Positions 63,201 through 64,000 of a stretch of DNA of 64,000 nucleotides are shown here, one piece after another (positions within the stretch are counted from its first letter, which is position 1; each line of letters starts with the position of its first letter). The DNA is taken from NCBI GenBank assembly GCA_051530055.1, contig CM121342.1, forward strand, positions 5,269,489 to 5,333,488, written 5' to 3'. Under the pieces are notes generated by a model. That model made no database searches. It was not told the origin of the DNA and was given only the letters and a program-made list of their open reading frames with translations. Position numbers and translations under genes: made by a program. The stretch is from Neoechinorhynchus agilis. Lineage: Eukaryota > Animalia > Acanthocephala.

Positions 63201-64000
63201 CAGGCATCTGACTGCTCTTTTAGATCGCGATTAGTTTTCTCAAGATCATCGACTTTCTGACTTAGACTTTCGTTTATCTTCACAGTTGCCTGTAAGTCGC
63301 TCTCAAGACCATCAACCTTCTTTTTGAACGCTTCCATCTTTCTTCGGTCATCTATAGCATTATTACGGAGCTGCATCAGCGCATCACTCATTCTAACAAT
63401 CTTTTCTTGTTGTTCTTCGTATTTTTGGGACATTTCAAGTTCACCATTCGCACCACTGCCCTCTTGGAGTTTATAGACTTCCATTTGTAATTTCACTTCT
63501 TCTAATTCGCGCTCAAGCTCTGCATTCTTGATTTCGGCAATCTCAAGTCGTTCCTCTGCCATCTCCTTATCGACAGTTATACATTCAATCTGCTCTTCGG
63601 ATGAACTCATTTCATTTTTATAAGTCTGATACTCAAGCTCAATTCTCTGTCGCTGACTTTCAGTTTGGTTCAATTTATCCGAAAGCTGGGCCAAGTGGTC
63701 CTTTGCTTCTTCTTTATATTTCTGTAGCTGCTCCAACTGAAGCTTTAACCGTTCAAATCCTTTCATCGATTCCTTGTATTCGTTAAGCTTATTTTCAAGC
63801 CCGCCCTTGACAGATTCTAACTCGGCTACCCGTTCACGGAGTGCACGGACGTTTGTTATCTCTTCGGGGGTCGTTTCTTCACCGCCATATTTCGTTTGGT
63901 CGTTCGAAGTAGAATCAGAAGCATCGGAATCATTGATAAGATTTTGGGCTACTGCGGGAGGGTAGAGGCGATCCTCGTCGTCGTCCTCCTCCTCCGTTTT
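60249..64000 (-). CDS. DCTN1: Dynactin subunit 1 (p150Glued), 5'-truncated by the window end; contains hairpin-closed introns
   Basis: [72 protein letters not shown]. The frame is open up to 64000. Confidence 0.9.
61751..62136 (-). other. Probable non-canonical intron (GT..TA) closed by a 16-bp inverted repeat with one bulge
   Basis: + strand arms TCAGATCATGTTCAATC (61755-61771) and GATTGAACATGACTGA (62119-62134). A weaker canonical alternative exists. Confidence 0.58.
62813..63113 (-). other. Non-canonical ~301-nt intron closed by a 12-bp inverted repeat; exact register uncertain by several nt
   Basis: Arms GCAGGAGATACT and AGTATCTCCCGC. Stop codons on both sides bound the junction, and no phase-compatible GT-AG pair exists nearby. 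Confidence 0.75.

Overview
Compact, intron-containing genome of a fast-evolving animal; the species cannot be determined from the sequence. Recognisable genes: cyclin B, farnesyltransferase beta, AKAP10, two CAP/SCP paralogues, a Src/FRK-type kinase, CZIB, COX11, VAC14, TRAX, an ABCB/P-glycoprotein, dystrobrevin and 5'-truncated dynactin p150Glued. Most introns are short (about 45-55 nt) canonical GT-AG introns. Repeats include four satellite arrays, a 15-bp minisatellite, one decayed near-full-length CRE-like non-LTR retrotransposon plus three fragments, and several MITE-like or fold-back elements. Main discovery: conserved genes (cyclin B, COX11, ABCB, dystrobrevin, two sites in dynactin, probably one unknown gene) are interrupted by stop-containing or frame-breaking segments of 52-386 nt. 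Most cannot be removed as plausible GT-AG introns. Each is closed by its own unrelated 12-17-bp terminal inverted repeat, and in five of seven cases exactly 6 nt of the removed segment lie outside the stem. This points to a structure-defined, non-canonical intron class (or DNA-level excision) coexisting with ordinary spliceosomal introns. All junctions were inferred by hand from reading frame and remembered family motifs; no RNA data or database searches were available.
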